From Nemertoderma westbladi (taxonomy: Eukaryota > Animalia > Xenacoelomorpha): a DNA stretch of 49,210 nt. Below the pieces are notes generated by a model, which did no database searches, had not been told where the DNA came from, and saw only the letters and a list, made by a program, of their open reading frames with translations. This document shows, piece by piece, positions 36,268 through 48,447 of this stretch. A program made the position numbers and the translations under genes. How positions within the stretch are numbered: the first letter of the stretch is position 1; each line of letters opens with the position of its first letter. Where the stretch lies: assembly GCA_032718475.1 (NCBI GenBank), contig JAUCBJ010008806.1:1-49210 (forward strand). Direction: 5' to 3'.

Positions 36268-37426
36268 TATTTTCCCCGCAAAGTACTCTGTAGTTGGTTT
36301 AACGGGCATAAAAAGCCGTTTCATTACTGTACTGGTGTTTTAGTGGACACAAAAAGCCATTTTATCTGTATGTGTACTTTAGCGGACATAACTAGCAATT
36401 TTATGTCGCAATACGCTAAATCCTCTTGAAACAGTGTAGTTACTATGACGACAGCTAACAACTGATCTGTACACGTGGAGCTTTTCTTTGTTCTCTGTCG
36501 TTTCTTTGTTCGGTCAACCAATCAGAGCGTTTTTTGACTCTGTGTTGGAGATTGTATACAGAAACTCATGCAATTGAGTCAGTATGTGTATTTTGTCCAC
36601 AGCCAGAAGACCGGCTTTGGAATCTCTGTGTTTTCAGGCTTTAGCCCAACATTAGTAGGCTTAATTATAGAACGTATATCTGTTATCAATGCTCACACGC
36701 AACATATCTCACTCATCTCAATCTATCATATCATAACAATTTATACCTTAAAATTTATACTGCTATTGAGTGTCGGTTATTCATTATATCGGTTGATGGA
36801 ATATGATTATATTTGGAACATCGATAAATAATTACAAACCACTCAATCTTCTTGATATACTGAAGGTAAGAGAGACCGGTTACATATAACGATTGCGACT
36901 TACATTAAAGTGGTTTTGAAGTGAATCTAATGCTATTTCATAGGCACTACAGGTATCAGTTGTTGTTCTCTTTATATGTGACTAAAATTAGTGAAGGTCG
37001 GCAGATCGGTGTGCAGTATTATGCAGTAGTGTGTATGATTGTGACTGATAACAAAGCATCTCCTAAAGAATGCGCCATATACGTGAATCTATAGCCATCC
37101 CGTTGTGTCTAGTTTAAGTCATAGCTCTGCTTACATATTTAGAGCGCCACGTCCTAAAGGAACTGTTAATATTTCCCGAAAGTGAATAATATTTGTCAGA
37201 GATTATATATTACGATCAGTCGAATAATACAGTAGGCTTACACCGCAATAAGATTAAGCTTCCGAATCCAATCTCCCGGGTATATCCAGCGGGTGAATGG
37301 TCGCGCATAGACTGGCTTCGGCTAATGTAGTGTATCCAATACTCGTCATAGGCTAAAGTCGATTTATTATCTAGAAGACATCCTAATTTGGCAGGTTAAA
37401 CTGCTAAAGGTCTGAAAGCGCGAACA
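36268..37426 (+). repeat. 5' LTR of element B, lacking roughly the first 30 bp
   Basis: Diverged reverse complement of 17790-18905; ends AAAGCGCGAACA at 37426. Confidence 0.82.
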
Positions 37427-37772
37427 ATAACAGATATTAATTCTGATTGCAGTGTAGGCAATAAATACAGTTTACTATTGTTCTGGTAAGAACAATAACA
37501 GATATTGCTTCTTTATTGCAGTAAGCAATAAAGCTGAAGTACCGGTCGACCGGTAACCTGTAGGCCTAACTACGTAACCACCGGAACCGGTACTTACAAC
37601 AGTATAGGTACAGCAGTATTATTCGATTTTGATAATTATATACCGGTAGGTCTTGATATTAAATCGGGGACGCCTGGTTTTTATTGGGATTTTACTTAGG
37701 CCTATTTCTGTCAGTTTTATTCATTTGTAGGCTAATATTGAGCAGAAGGCGTGTAAGCCTGCTCAGATCGTA

Positions 37773-38357
37773 CAGATAATTTGTAGGCTGGACTGTTGTC
37801 TGACTGTTGTTAGGTCTGAACGGATTGCAGTGCATGTAGAGTGTATGTCCGATAAAGTGCCGGTTAGGAACGTAGGGGCAGCCAGAGCTGTAAGGTAAAT
37901 CCCCACCGAAAGAATAACTCGTACTACTAGGTTAGAACGCATACTAACTAACCATTTCGGAGTCTGCATGTCCTGTAGTTTATTTAGGCTTGATAGTAGT
38001 CTGCCAGCGTTTGGTCTGTACTTTGTTTGTGTAGTCTGTACAGGTACCGTAATATTTCTTATTCAGATAATTTATAGGCTAGATTGTTGTCTGGCTGTTG
38101 TTAGGTCTGAAGAGATTGTAGTGTGTGTAGAGTGTCTGTCCGATAAAGTACTAGTTAGGAATGTAGGGGCAGCCAGAGCTGTAAGGTAAACCCCCCCCGA
38201 AAGAATAAGTCATACTACTCGGTTAGAACGCATACTAACTAACCATTTCGGAATCTGCACATACTGTAATTTATTTAGGCTTGATAGTAGTCTGCCAGCG
38301 TTTGGTTTGTATTTTGTTTGAGTAGTTTGTACGGGTAGCGTAATATTTATTATTCAG
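37773..38357. repeat. 291-bp tandem duplication in leader of element B
   Basis: CAGATAATTT.TAGGCT at 37773 and 38064; second copy ends near 38355. Confidence 0.88.
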
Positions 38358-39690
38358 AGTTTATGCGATTATTCGCAACATTCATAACCCCAAGTTTATT
38401 CCTACAGTAATTGTGCTTGTTATACATACCGTTATAGTTAAATTAACCCCGGTACTACATCAGGGCTGCTCGGCGTAGGTAAAGACTGGTGATTTTGTGC
38501 CCCGGTCACTCCGGCAGATGCCGTGGTTCTTTTAGCTGTACAAGTATTTCTAACTGCTAGTTATTGGTTGTACAAGTACTTGTACCTAATTTAGGGTTTA
38601 GTGTACAATACTTTCCGAAAGTAATTTAGTGTGTAAGCAGTATATTTGTGTTGTAAAGTGGTTAATAGGCACGTTGGTTCTGGTAGACCGCGGTAATTAA
38701 CTTCTAGGTAGGGACACTCCGTGAAACATAACGTAGTACTTATAGCGATACGGCTATAAGTCGTCAGACTATGGTATTTTCCTATCTGGACAACGCAATA
38801 TATTTACTACTTGTTATTTTCAAATTCCGTAGTATCCTGTCCGTTGTAATAACCAGATTTCTAACCCTTTGTTAGGCTGGTTTGTAGATTCCTTGTAAAA
38901 TTACCCTAAAAATTTGTATTTGTGTATTTGTAATTTTTTTGTGTTTATTTAGAGATTGTAATCTCACCCCGAATTGTACGTAATTTGTAGTAATAAGTAA
39001 CTTAGGTAAATTATAATTATTTGTTTTAGTGTCCAACAAGTAGCACTTTACTGAGAGCGCACAGCTTCTGTGTAGTGACTCCTCCCCAGAAATAATAACA
39101 TTTATTTCAAATATTGACAAAACCCATTAAACGGGTATATATATATTATAAATCAACTCAAACGATTTATAAATAGTAGGCCTGCCATACAACAATTAGG
39201 TCTCAATATCAGTTGGACTACTGCTTAAATAACGGTAATCAAATAAAGTAAAGTAACCAAGTAACCCCTAAAATTCAGAAATTCAATTATTCTAAAATAA
39301 TTGACATACCGGTATTTACAATAGGCTTATTATATTTATTTCTATAAATTTAGGCTGAAATTATACCGGTATTCTGTAATTAATTCTAGCCCATAATTAT
39401 ACTTATATATACTATAAGTGTAAGCTGTATACCGGTATTCACGATAGGCCTATTATATATTTATATATATTTGTGCTAAAATTATATACCGGTATTCTGT
39501 GACAAACCTAGTCTGTAATAATACTTATATATATATACTATAAGCATACCGGTATTCTAATATATTATATATATCACGCTACACTGAGTAGCAGTATCGG
39601 TAATTAATTACTAGGCTAACAGTTGATACTGAATTACTAGACTTGCTTTAACTGTAATATAGCAGTAGGCATTCAACTGTACAAACAAAC

Positions 39691-42600
39691 ATGTCTGACA
39701 TGTTCTTAGATACAACCATCTGTGACCCAGATAGGAGTGTGGAACGTGTGAGAACAAAGTTCAACTCATCTCCTACTGTAAGAAAGGTCATCCCTCCAGT
39801 AGTAATATCAGACCCTAGGCTGGTCCAACACCGTAGGTCTATCATAGGCACTCGAGCTCAAGTCAAACGAGACCAAGAAGCAGCGGAACAGCAGCAACAC
39901 TCGAGCCGAGCACTTATTTCTCAGCGGACCGACAGCTCCAGTGGTGCGGATACTGTAGAGCTGACACCCGAGGGCGGAGCTAAGATGGCAGATGTGGTTT
40001 ATTCAGATCCCCTTCTCATCCTTCCTGCAGCCGTACTCGCTAGGGTATTGATTGCGGTGGAGGAACACCAGATTGATTGGATGAGAAGTAAGCGATCGAT
40101 CAAGGATAGTTATGCGGGATACACAAAGGAAGAACTGAAGTCTATTGTCGAGTCGCAATGGATCTTCCCCGGACCTGGACTCCCGTTTGACTTATCAGAA
40201 GCTGCCTGGGAGGACATACACAGGATGGGAGTAACAAAGGAAACCATCGATCCAGCTGTATGGAAGAGGTCAGCAACCGGATATGTGCAGGGATTCTTCA
40301 GCTCTATGGAGCGATTAGAGGAACAACTGTTTGGACAATCACAAGGACCTCAAGAGCAGGGAGAGCTGCTTTATCAAGTTAGAGAAAGAATTCTAAGAAT
40401 CAGACTAATTTTATCTGCCTTTGAGGAGGCTTCGAAAAGAAGACAAGACACGTCGTTGCAAGTTGCCGTAAAGACTTGGTTACAGCGGGTGAGTCTCCAA
40501 GTTCAAAGAACTGTCCCGTGGAAATCTCAGTTAGATGAGCGCTCAACCCTTGGAGAATCAACAGACGCTACCTTTTCCCAAGTGGAAAGTGAAGCGACAG
40601 CAGAGAAACCGCATAAGAGGGATGCTATTGACATCTATCTGTCAGACTATCAACGTTTTGTAGGAGATGAAGAGTTGAGGAGAAGGCTGGAGGGACTTAG
40701 CCCTAATAGAGAAGGAGCCAAGCTTGTGTTGGACGCAATCGATGCGGATATGATAGCTGCGAACCAAGCTAAATTTGATGAAAGCATCCGCATCGCTAAG
40801 GTTCAAGAAGAACAAGTAAAGAAAAAACGTATAGAAGATAGAAAGACAGCAGCAGCGGCAGTGGCAGCGGCAGAAGCGGAAAGAAAAGCGGCAGAAGTGG
40901 ATAGAAAAGCGGCAGAGGCAGCGGCAGAGGCAAAAGCGGCAGCGGCAGAGGCAAAAGCGGCAGCGGCAGCGGCAGAGGCAAAAGCGGCAGCTGCAGCAGT
41001 AGAAGCGGAAAGAAAAGCGGCAGCGGCAGAAGCGGAAAGAAAGGCGGCCGAAGCGGAAAGAAAAATAGCAGTGGCAGAAGCAGAACGGAGGGCATCTGAA
41101 GAGACAACCCAACTAGAGTTGGAAAATTTTCAAGAGAGGCAAGACAACTTCAATAAACAGTTAACAGCTAGTAATATGCAGATGATGAATCGATCTACTC
41201 CCAAAAGATAAGGTTATACATCATCTGAGGAAGGCGATACCACCGATCCTGAAGGCGGAGGAAATAGATCTCGTCTAAGTAGGCGTAGAAGAACATCTCA
41301 CCGTCACAAATTGCCTGATTTGCCCCCAGCTGTTAGAAGGCAACTAACTAACACAGACTTAGGTAGTACAGAACCCAAAGTCCAAATAATTAAAATAGAA
41401 AGACTCCCTACTATAGTAGATGAGCCTGAAATAATTAGGCCTGTTCTTGAAATCACCCCTTCGGTGATAGAGACACCTGTGCTCCCAGAACCTACCTCTA
41501 AATTCCCTCTGCACAGCACTAAGCTACCTGTGCCCCACAGAACCACCCCTGAAAATGTTCATGTCCCTGACTCCGAGCGAAAAATTAATGATTTGTCGCC
41601 CGTTGTCCCTCGTCCGCCCGCTACAACGTTGGCGGCTCCCGCTTCGGCGGTCGAGTGGGTGGAGGAGGGACGGCGGGGGATGGATCTCCTGCTCGGGCAG
41701 ATGCAGGAGAATGTTAAGCAATTCAAGGGCACAGTAAGGGAAAGTAGGTTAGAGTTGCAAGAAGTGCAGCAATGTATCGCGTTAGAACGCGATAAATTAG
41801 TAAATACACAAAAGGGTATACCACCACCCTCGGTAACAATGTGTCAACCTGTTAGGTCTGAAGTATCTCATGCGCAAGGTGTGGAGCCTACACGCATCTA
41901 TACTGCTAGTGAAGTAGAAACTCCTATAGTGAACCCTATTAAGGGTAATTATAAACCTGTTGACAATGATATTCCCTATAGACTTGATCATAATCCTAGA
42001 AATTTATATACCGATAACTCGATATTAAATAACACAATGGCCCAAGAAAGTTTTACGCGTCAAATGGCTAGAACCGAAGCCCGTCAAGCGGTAAAGGTGG
42101 GAGAGATAGTCAAGTTCAATGGAGATGAGATGAGATGGTTACCTTTTAACCCTATTAAACCCGGGGGGGGGGTCAATATGACCCCCCCCCCGTGGTTTTT
42201 TTATTATAATTCTGAAACAAACGCAGTTGGGAATCTGAAATTTTATGACTTTTCCTAAAAATCTATTGTCTTCCTAGTAGTGAAAACCGTTTTCAAAAAT
42301 ATTGGGTACTTTTCGAGTTATAGCACCATTTTTTAACCCTACTTTTGGCACTTTTTTTGAGACGTTTTTTGAAAATTAAATTTCATTAAATATGAATTGT
42401 AACATCTCTAATTTTGATTTACACCGGTTTTTTGGTGTTAGAAATTTGATGGAATTCATATCAATTGATTTAGAAATTTCAAACTTTTATTTTTCGGCGG
42501 GTACCAAATTTTGGTGCCAGCACCAAATTTTGAAATAAGTCAATTTTGTAAATTGAACGTTTGAAACTTGTTTTTTACGTAATTGGGGTTTTTTGGGTTT

Positions 42601-45240
42601 CTGGATTCGATGAAATATATACGAGTTGCACCAAGCGTATCAAACTTGTATTTTTCGGTGCTGTGTGCAAATTTTGGTGCTTAGCACGAAATTTTGAAAA
42701 TCCATTCAATAGATAAAATTGCTTGTGACAATTTATTTCTTGCGTTTTAGAGGTTTATGGCTGTTCTGAATTCAATGGAAAATATAATTATCGAACTAGA
42801 CATCTCAAACTTGTATTTTTCGGATGTGGGTGCAAAATGTGGTGCTAGCACCAAATTTTGAAAACCATCAAATATATCAATTGATTGTGTCACCTTGTTT
42901 CTTGCGTTATACGGGTTTGTGATGGATGGAAAAATTTCATAAGAGTTCTCAAACTTGTATTTTTCGCCGGTGGGTGAAAATTGTTGTGCCAGCACCTAAT
43001 TTTGGAAAATATGCAAATTGATAAGAAGATAGTATCACCTTGTTTCTTGCGTTATACGGGTTTATGAGGGTCCTGAATCCGATGGAATCAATAAAAACAG
43101 CACTGGACATCGCAAACTTGTACTTTTTGGTGATGGGTACGAAATTTGGTGCTAGCACCAAAATTTGCCAAATTACGCCGAAAAATACAAGTAGCAATGA
43201 TCTGGCATATTAAAAATGTATTCCATTAGAATCAGCGCCCTCGAAAACCTGAAAATGTTAATTTATAGCATCGTATAAGTGAATTAAAAATTTTGTGTTC
43301 TAACTGAAAAGTGCTGGTTACTTGTTTTTTTCATTTTTTTCCTACGCAGAGAGGACTAAACAGCCATTTATAGTAATCATATCATTTTTTAATATTTTCC
43401 AATGTATTTTGCACCCCAGAAAACCTGTATTGAAAAATAATTAGCCGAAAATGTAACTTTCAAATTTGGTGAAAATTGTGCACTACTTGTAATTTTGGTG
43501 CTGCAATATAACCACCCCAGTAAATTTTTTCGAAAATTTTTTTTTTCGGTCGGATCCAGACAAGTGATACCTACGTACAAACAAAAAATCAGACGTTTTC
43601 GTAAATATTTGTAGATTTTAGAGGGGGGGGGGGGGGGGGGGGGGGGGGTCAATATGACCCCCTCCCGGTATTTGTACAACATTTTATAGCCCGGTACTAA
43701 TAGGGTTAATGAATATTACAAAGATAACATACAGAACTCTGTACTATCTAATGGAAAGAAACTTAGATTCCTCATCGAGTGCTTGGAAGGATCTCCCAAG
43801 TTAATGACGTTAAAGTTTATTGGACATCCAGATGGATTAAGACAAGTTTGGGATACACTAAACATCAGGTATGGTAATAGGAATAACATAGCTAAATATT
43901 TGTATGCAAAATTAGTAGCGCCCCGAAAGTTCATTAGCAGCGGGATAATAGAGTTTTCCGATGAGATTCAAGAGATCTGTAGACAATTAGATTGGCTAGG
44001 TAAGTCTCATGAATATCAGAGTTCTATGGTTATTGGAGCCGTGGCTTCTACTTTACCGAAGGGTGGAGTAGGTACACGCTGGGATAAGAAAGTGTTATAT
44101 ATGATGGAACAACAACGAAGAGACCCTACCATGGCTGATCTCATGTCATTCTTAGATGGAGAAGTGAAATTACAGCTCCTAAAGCAGTCCAGAGAGAAAA
44201 CACTGGAAAACAAGGTAAGTGAGAAACCCGTTTCTAGGAGAAAAGTAACACCAGTGTGTTATACCGACGACGGCGAAAGCCAGACTTCTCAAGGAGAGGA
44301 CAGCGGGAAAGACACTGAAAGATCTTATTATGTCAATAAAACGCCTAAAGAACAGGTAAGTAAATTCAAGTCTCGAACCAATGACAGGAGAGAACCGGTA
44401 AGAAAAACTCCTCCTACGTCTCCTAAGAGAATTCAGGTAAGAAAGCCCGAAGAAAGAACGAGTGTGCACGTGTTGCACGCGTGTTGTGTTATAATTGCCT
44501 CAGACAAGGACACCAAAGGCGAACCTGTTACTCCGAAACAAGGTGTGCAAAGTGCGGTGCGAAACATCATATCTTGTTGCACACTGAATTCGAACGAAAC
44601 AGCCCGAGTCAGGTAAGTGATTCCGAACTACATGTCCAATTCAGTGATGTGAACGACACTGACCAAAGTTCTGAGATGGAAGGATTCTATACGGATGAAT
44701 TCTCCGACGAAAATGAATCCTGTTACATGATAAATACCGCAGTGTATCGAGCACTCACGTATGAAAAAGACACTGACAGCGACCTCACCCTAACTACTTC
44801 TGATCGACAACCATCTTGGAAAGCGCCAACTTCCAATGTAGGAATCCAAGAATTTCCTGTAGTACAATTAAGGGTCCACGGACCTAAAAGGAGTTATATA
44901 GTGAATGCCCTCCTTGACTCCGGTAGCACAGGAACATTCATCGACAAAGAACTAGCCGAAGACATCTTTGCTGGACAACCCAAGTTCCGAACTAAGCTAA
45001 ACATGTCAGGAATTATGCAGGTTTGGAAATCTACCGTAACAGCGGATTATTATGTAGGCGCATTGTCCACCCCCCAGGATGAACTAGGAGAACACAGCAT
45101 AAGGTCAGTAAAAATGGTAGCGATAAAGAACTTCGCTACCAGCCAAGTGGAACCTTATAACTGGGATGAGGACGATTTCACCCAGCAGCTTGAAATACCT
45201 AGATTCAACACCGATTACCCTGGAGTGCAAATACTCATCG
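39691..45240 (+). pseudogene. gag: gag-protease of element B, disrupted by a stop, a MITE, a frameshifting deletion and insertion C
   Basis: ORFs 39691-41211, 41311-42145, 43710-44470 and 44481-45240 match A's gag; LCYNCLRQGHQRRTC...CAKCGAKHHILLH; ALLDSGSTGTFI. Confidence 0.88.
42150..43705. mobile_element. Non-autonomous piggyBac-type DNA transposon, 1556 bp
   Basis: TTAA on both sides (42146-42149, 43706-43709), single TTAA at the empty site in copy A; termini CCCTATTAAACCCGGG / CCCGGTACTAATAGGG; subterminal GnTCAATATGACCn near-palindromes; about five 145-165-bp internal repeats; no transposase. Confidence 0.9.
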
Positions 45241-45942
45241 TGATGAATTATTTCACTATAAGATAGCATTTGTAGTTTAACTTTAACGTAAAAACTTTCG
45301 AAAATCCGACGTATTTTGATTGAGCTACAGTAATGTAATATGCCTATTCATATTTGTACACATAAAACCCTTAGGTACTCTCGTGGCGTAGTGGTCAGAT
45401 GGTTAAGGCGTTGGTTACATTACATAGGTTACGAGTTCGAATCCCAGTCGGGAAATTTGTATTTTGGGGCCATTTATTTTCGTGTGGTGCTAATTGGTAG
45501 GCCAATGAGAAGCGTACAGCGTAGCGAATGATGAGCCAGGCCAATCATAGGGCATAAATTATCTTATTGCTCAAATGTGAGGCAGTGGAAAATTCTGTTA
45601 GGATTCCATGTCCCAGATTAGTGTAAGGGCCGGACTGCGTTGAACGATGAGCTGGGCCAATCATAGGGCACGAAGCACTTCATTGCTCAATGGTGAAGCT
45701 GTGGAAAATTCTGTTTAGTTTCCATGTGCAATTTCTAGTATAAAAGGCCGGTTTGCCTTCGGTTATCATGTTATCACGTCATACACACCTTACCCCCTTC
45801 TTAGATCGTTTATTCTTGTAAATTTAGTTAATTCGGTTTCTTGTTGAAACTTTATTTGATAAATCCTTTTGTAAAACTGTAAATATACTGCAAATTCCTG
45901 ACATGTTTTCTTCTGGTCCAACTTCGGGACAGCCAAACATCA
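45241..45942 (+). repeat. Putative 5' LTR of element C
   Basis: TGATG...CATCA inverted termini; three CCAAT boxes; ~117-bp tandem duplication (45527-45750); TATAAAA near 45739; TGGCAGCC candidate PBS at 45949. Second LTR not in window, so the 3' end is provisional (alternative: ACA at 45903 with TGGTCC at 45914). Confidence 0.6.
45379..45454 (+). other. tRNA-like sequence with Pol III A and B boxes inside the putative LTR
   Basis: A-box TGGCGTAGTGG (45384-45394), GATGGTTAAGGCG D-arm-like, B-box GTTCGAATCC (45435-45444); anticodon arm not convincing. Confidence 0.6.
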
Positions 45943-48447
45943 GGGAGATGGCAGCCTAGATCGTTAGGCCGTAAGCAACGCAGGGAAGAGATGTCCACAA
46001 CACGCTAGCGCCCACATTGGATTGACCGCGCACCCCCTTTGCCCCTTCGAAATACTCCACTTGCTATGCAGCGCCCGCTTTGTGAGAAGGTAAGACTTTG
46101 TTCGACGCCCTTGCCCGCCGTAAGACCTATAGATCAGGGTAAGCGTGACACCGTACTGGACGCCGCAAATTTAGGATCAAATAATTATATCCAGACAACC
46201 CCCCCCCCTTTTGTCAAGTCCTATGAATCCCTGGGTTAACCTGTACTTCCTACAGGTGCGAACTATTGCCATTCGTCAGTACGCGAGTACATATTAGGTA
46301 CGGACAGCATATGTTCCATAATTTAGTGATTCGTAGCACTGACTGTTTGGTACCGGTTCGCTTTGTAGAACGTACATTAGTACCCCCCCCCCCCCCCCTG
46401 TCTGGAGTTAGCTATTTGATCAGGCAAGGAGCATTTCTGCTACCGGCACACTGCTTGGCCTAGGGAGGTTTATTAATATCCTACCGCGCCTTGCCACGTA
46501 CTGATAGGTATTGCTGCTAACTACCGCAGCAACAAAGTTCTAGAATTAAAATTAGTATACCAGATCAGCTAACGTACGGTAGCGATTAACCCCTATTCTT
46601 ATCTTACAACCAGAATCTGGTATTAGTGCCGATCACGGGTGTAGTTACTAACACTGTGGTTGCCCATTGGGTTGTGGATAGGAAGGAGAGAGCTTTGACG
46701 TCATTCGTGAGTATAAAGTTCTACAAACGCGACTAGTTTATTTTAGTAGCTAGCGCACGGTATCATTTAGTCAGAAAATCACTAAAACCTAGTAAAAGGA
46801 ATTACACAAAATTGTTTTATTTGTAACACACCCACACACACACGCCCTAAAACATATTGCCCTTAAAGTTCTACTAGCTATAGCGTACTATACATTACTT
46901 TAGGTGGAAATTATCTGTATTTGTAAAATTAGGATCTGATTTAGTTGCGGCGATAAGGAGTATTTCACTTTCGTTATTAAACTGTTGTTTGTCTGGACAA
47001 CGGTATTGTTACATTTAGGCCTGACCTTTTAGACTGATTTCGTACAGGGGGATCAGTTATTCTTACATTTAGGCACGACTTTTAGGCTGATTTCGACAGG
47101 GATGATCAGCATTGTTACACTAGGTCTGTTAACCACCTAGTTCGTATATAAACCATATAAATCACACCGCGGCAAGTTACTGTATTTAGGACTGTCAGTG
47201 ATAGTTAGGATTCGCTGCGCGGGGATTGTTTTCCCGTGAGTTTGGTCTGTTACTGTAACTGTACATCTGCCTCACCGGTTAGAGGACAGGTATCCTTCTG
47301 TCTAGTACGTAGGCATTCGACCCGCTCACGTACATAGAATAGATACAAGGCTCTGTTCCTCGCCAGTAGTCGTTTGTGTATTGTATCTGTTTGTTTAGAT
47401 ATCCTGGACTGGGATTTGTTGTCAGATACTGTACAAGCCCGTATACATTACTAGAGTCTCATAGTAAGATACATCGTTACTAGGATCTGGTAAGCGGTAT
47501 ACTACTGGACCCTTACAGTAGGAAGTATTTATATAAATTAGTATATAGTATTTCCGCCGTAGCGTATAGTATTATTTCGATTGTTAGCTATTGAAAGTAG
47601 GAGATATTTAAAAATTAAGGTTAGTAAATTTAGTAATTTAGAACGTCCCCTGCTTCAGTAGGCTTTTAGGGTAGCTAGTACTTTCGTATTTAATCTTTGA
47701 CTAGCTAACAGTTAGTTTGTAGCACTTTGTTTTACGCCGTGTGTGTGCAGTGTTACTTTTCGGTACTTGAAAAGGTACATAGGGTTTAAAGACCAATTTG
47801 TATCAGTACCTAGGAAGATTTTCGTAAGCGTAGAAGTAAAACTCTCACCTTCGACCTTTTCAGGACTCAAGGACTCATTTCTGGACCGCTTCGAGGATTA
47901 AACCGCTTTTCGCAAAGTTTGGGAGACAATAAATTCGTCCGCGCCGCCGAAAAACGGAAAGACCCAAGTCCGGTTTGTATTTGGGAATTTGTACGACTGG
48001 AAGATCAAAGGAACGTAAGTTTTACGACTCGCGTCGTTCAAACTTAAGAAAGCACAGTAGTACTCAAAATTTGTGGGTTTCACTGTCTATTAGTAGTGTT
48101 GTTGGTACTTATTTTCCCGTTAGACATTGCTGTTTGGCCTATTGTTTATACTTGTTGATCTACATTTTGTTAACGTATACCGTTATCTCACTTATTCGTA
48201 CAAATTTAGCCGGTAGGCTAGATTACTACTTATTTTATTATATACCTTGTTAGTTTATTTGTACCGGTTAGGGTATATATATGATATATATATATATCAA
48301 GGTAAGTTTGACATTTGTACATTTCGACATTTTGACATTTCGACATTCTGACTTGTTGATTTATTTGTACCGGTTAGGTAAGTTTGACACTTCAACATTC
48401 AGACACTTTGACATTTTATTACCCGTACTTGACGTATATAATAAGAC

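Larger units (their letters stand above)
36268..45240 (+). mobile_element. Bel/Pao element 'B', inverted relative of A; 5' LTR, long leader, gag and protease, then interrupted
   Basis: LTR and gag-protease align with the reverse complement of A; homology ends exactly at 45240 (QILI/G) where element C begins. Confidence 0.9.

Noticed and set aside
33682-36324. Minus-strand ORFs (GTDMAGTKSL)n
   Set aside because: Antisense shadows of the 30-bp repeat; flanking coding-like sequence and acceptor sites are on the plus strand.
40642-41112. Cys/Arg-rich and Leu/Pro-rich ORFs (also 31221-31450)
   Set aside because: Antisense readings of the gag Ala/Glu/Lys repeat.
42747-43682. Small ORFs inside the TTAA element as transposase
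   Set aside because: No DDD motifs; they derive from AT-rich internal repeats.
45379-45454. Functional tRNA gene
   Set aside because: No convincing anticodon stem; reported only as tRNA-like.
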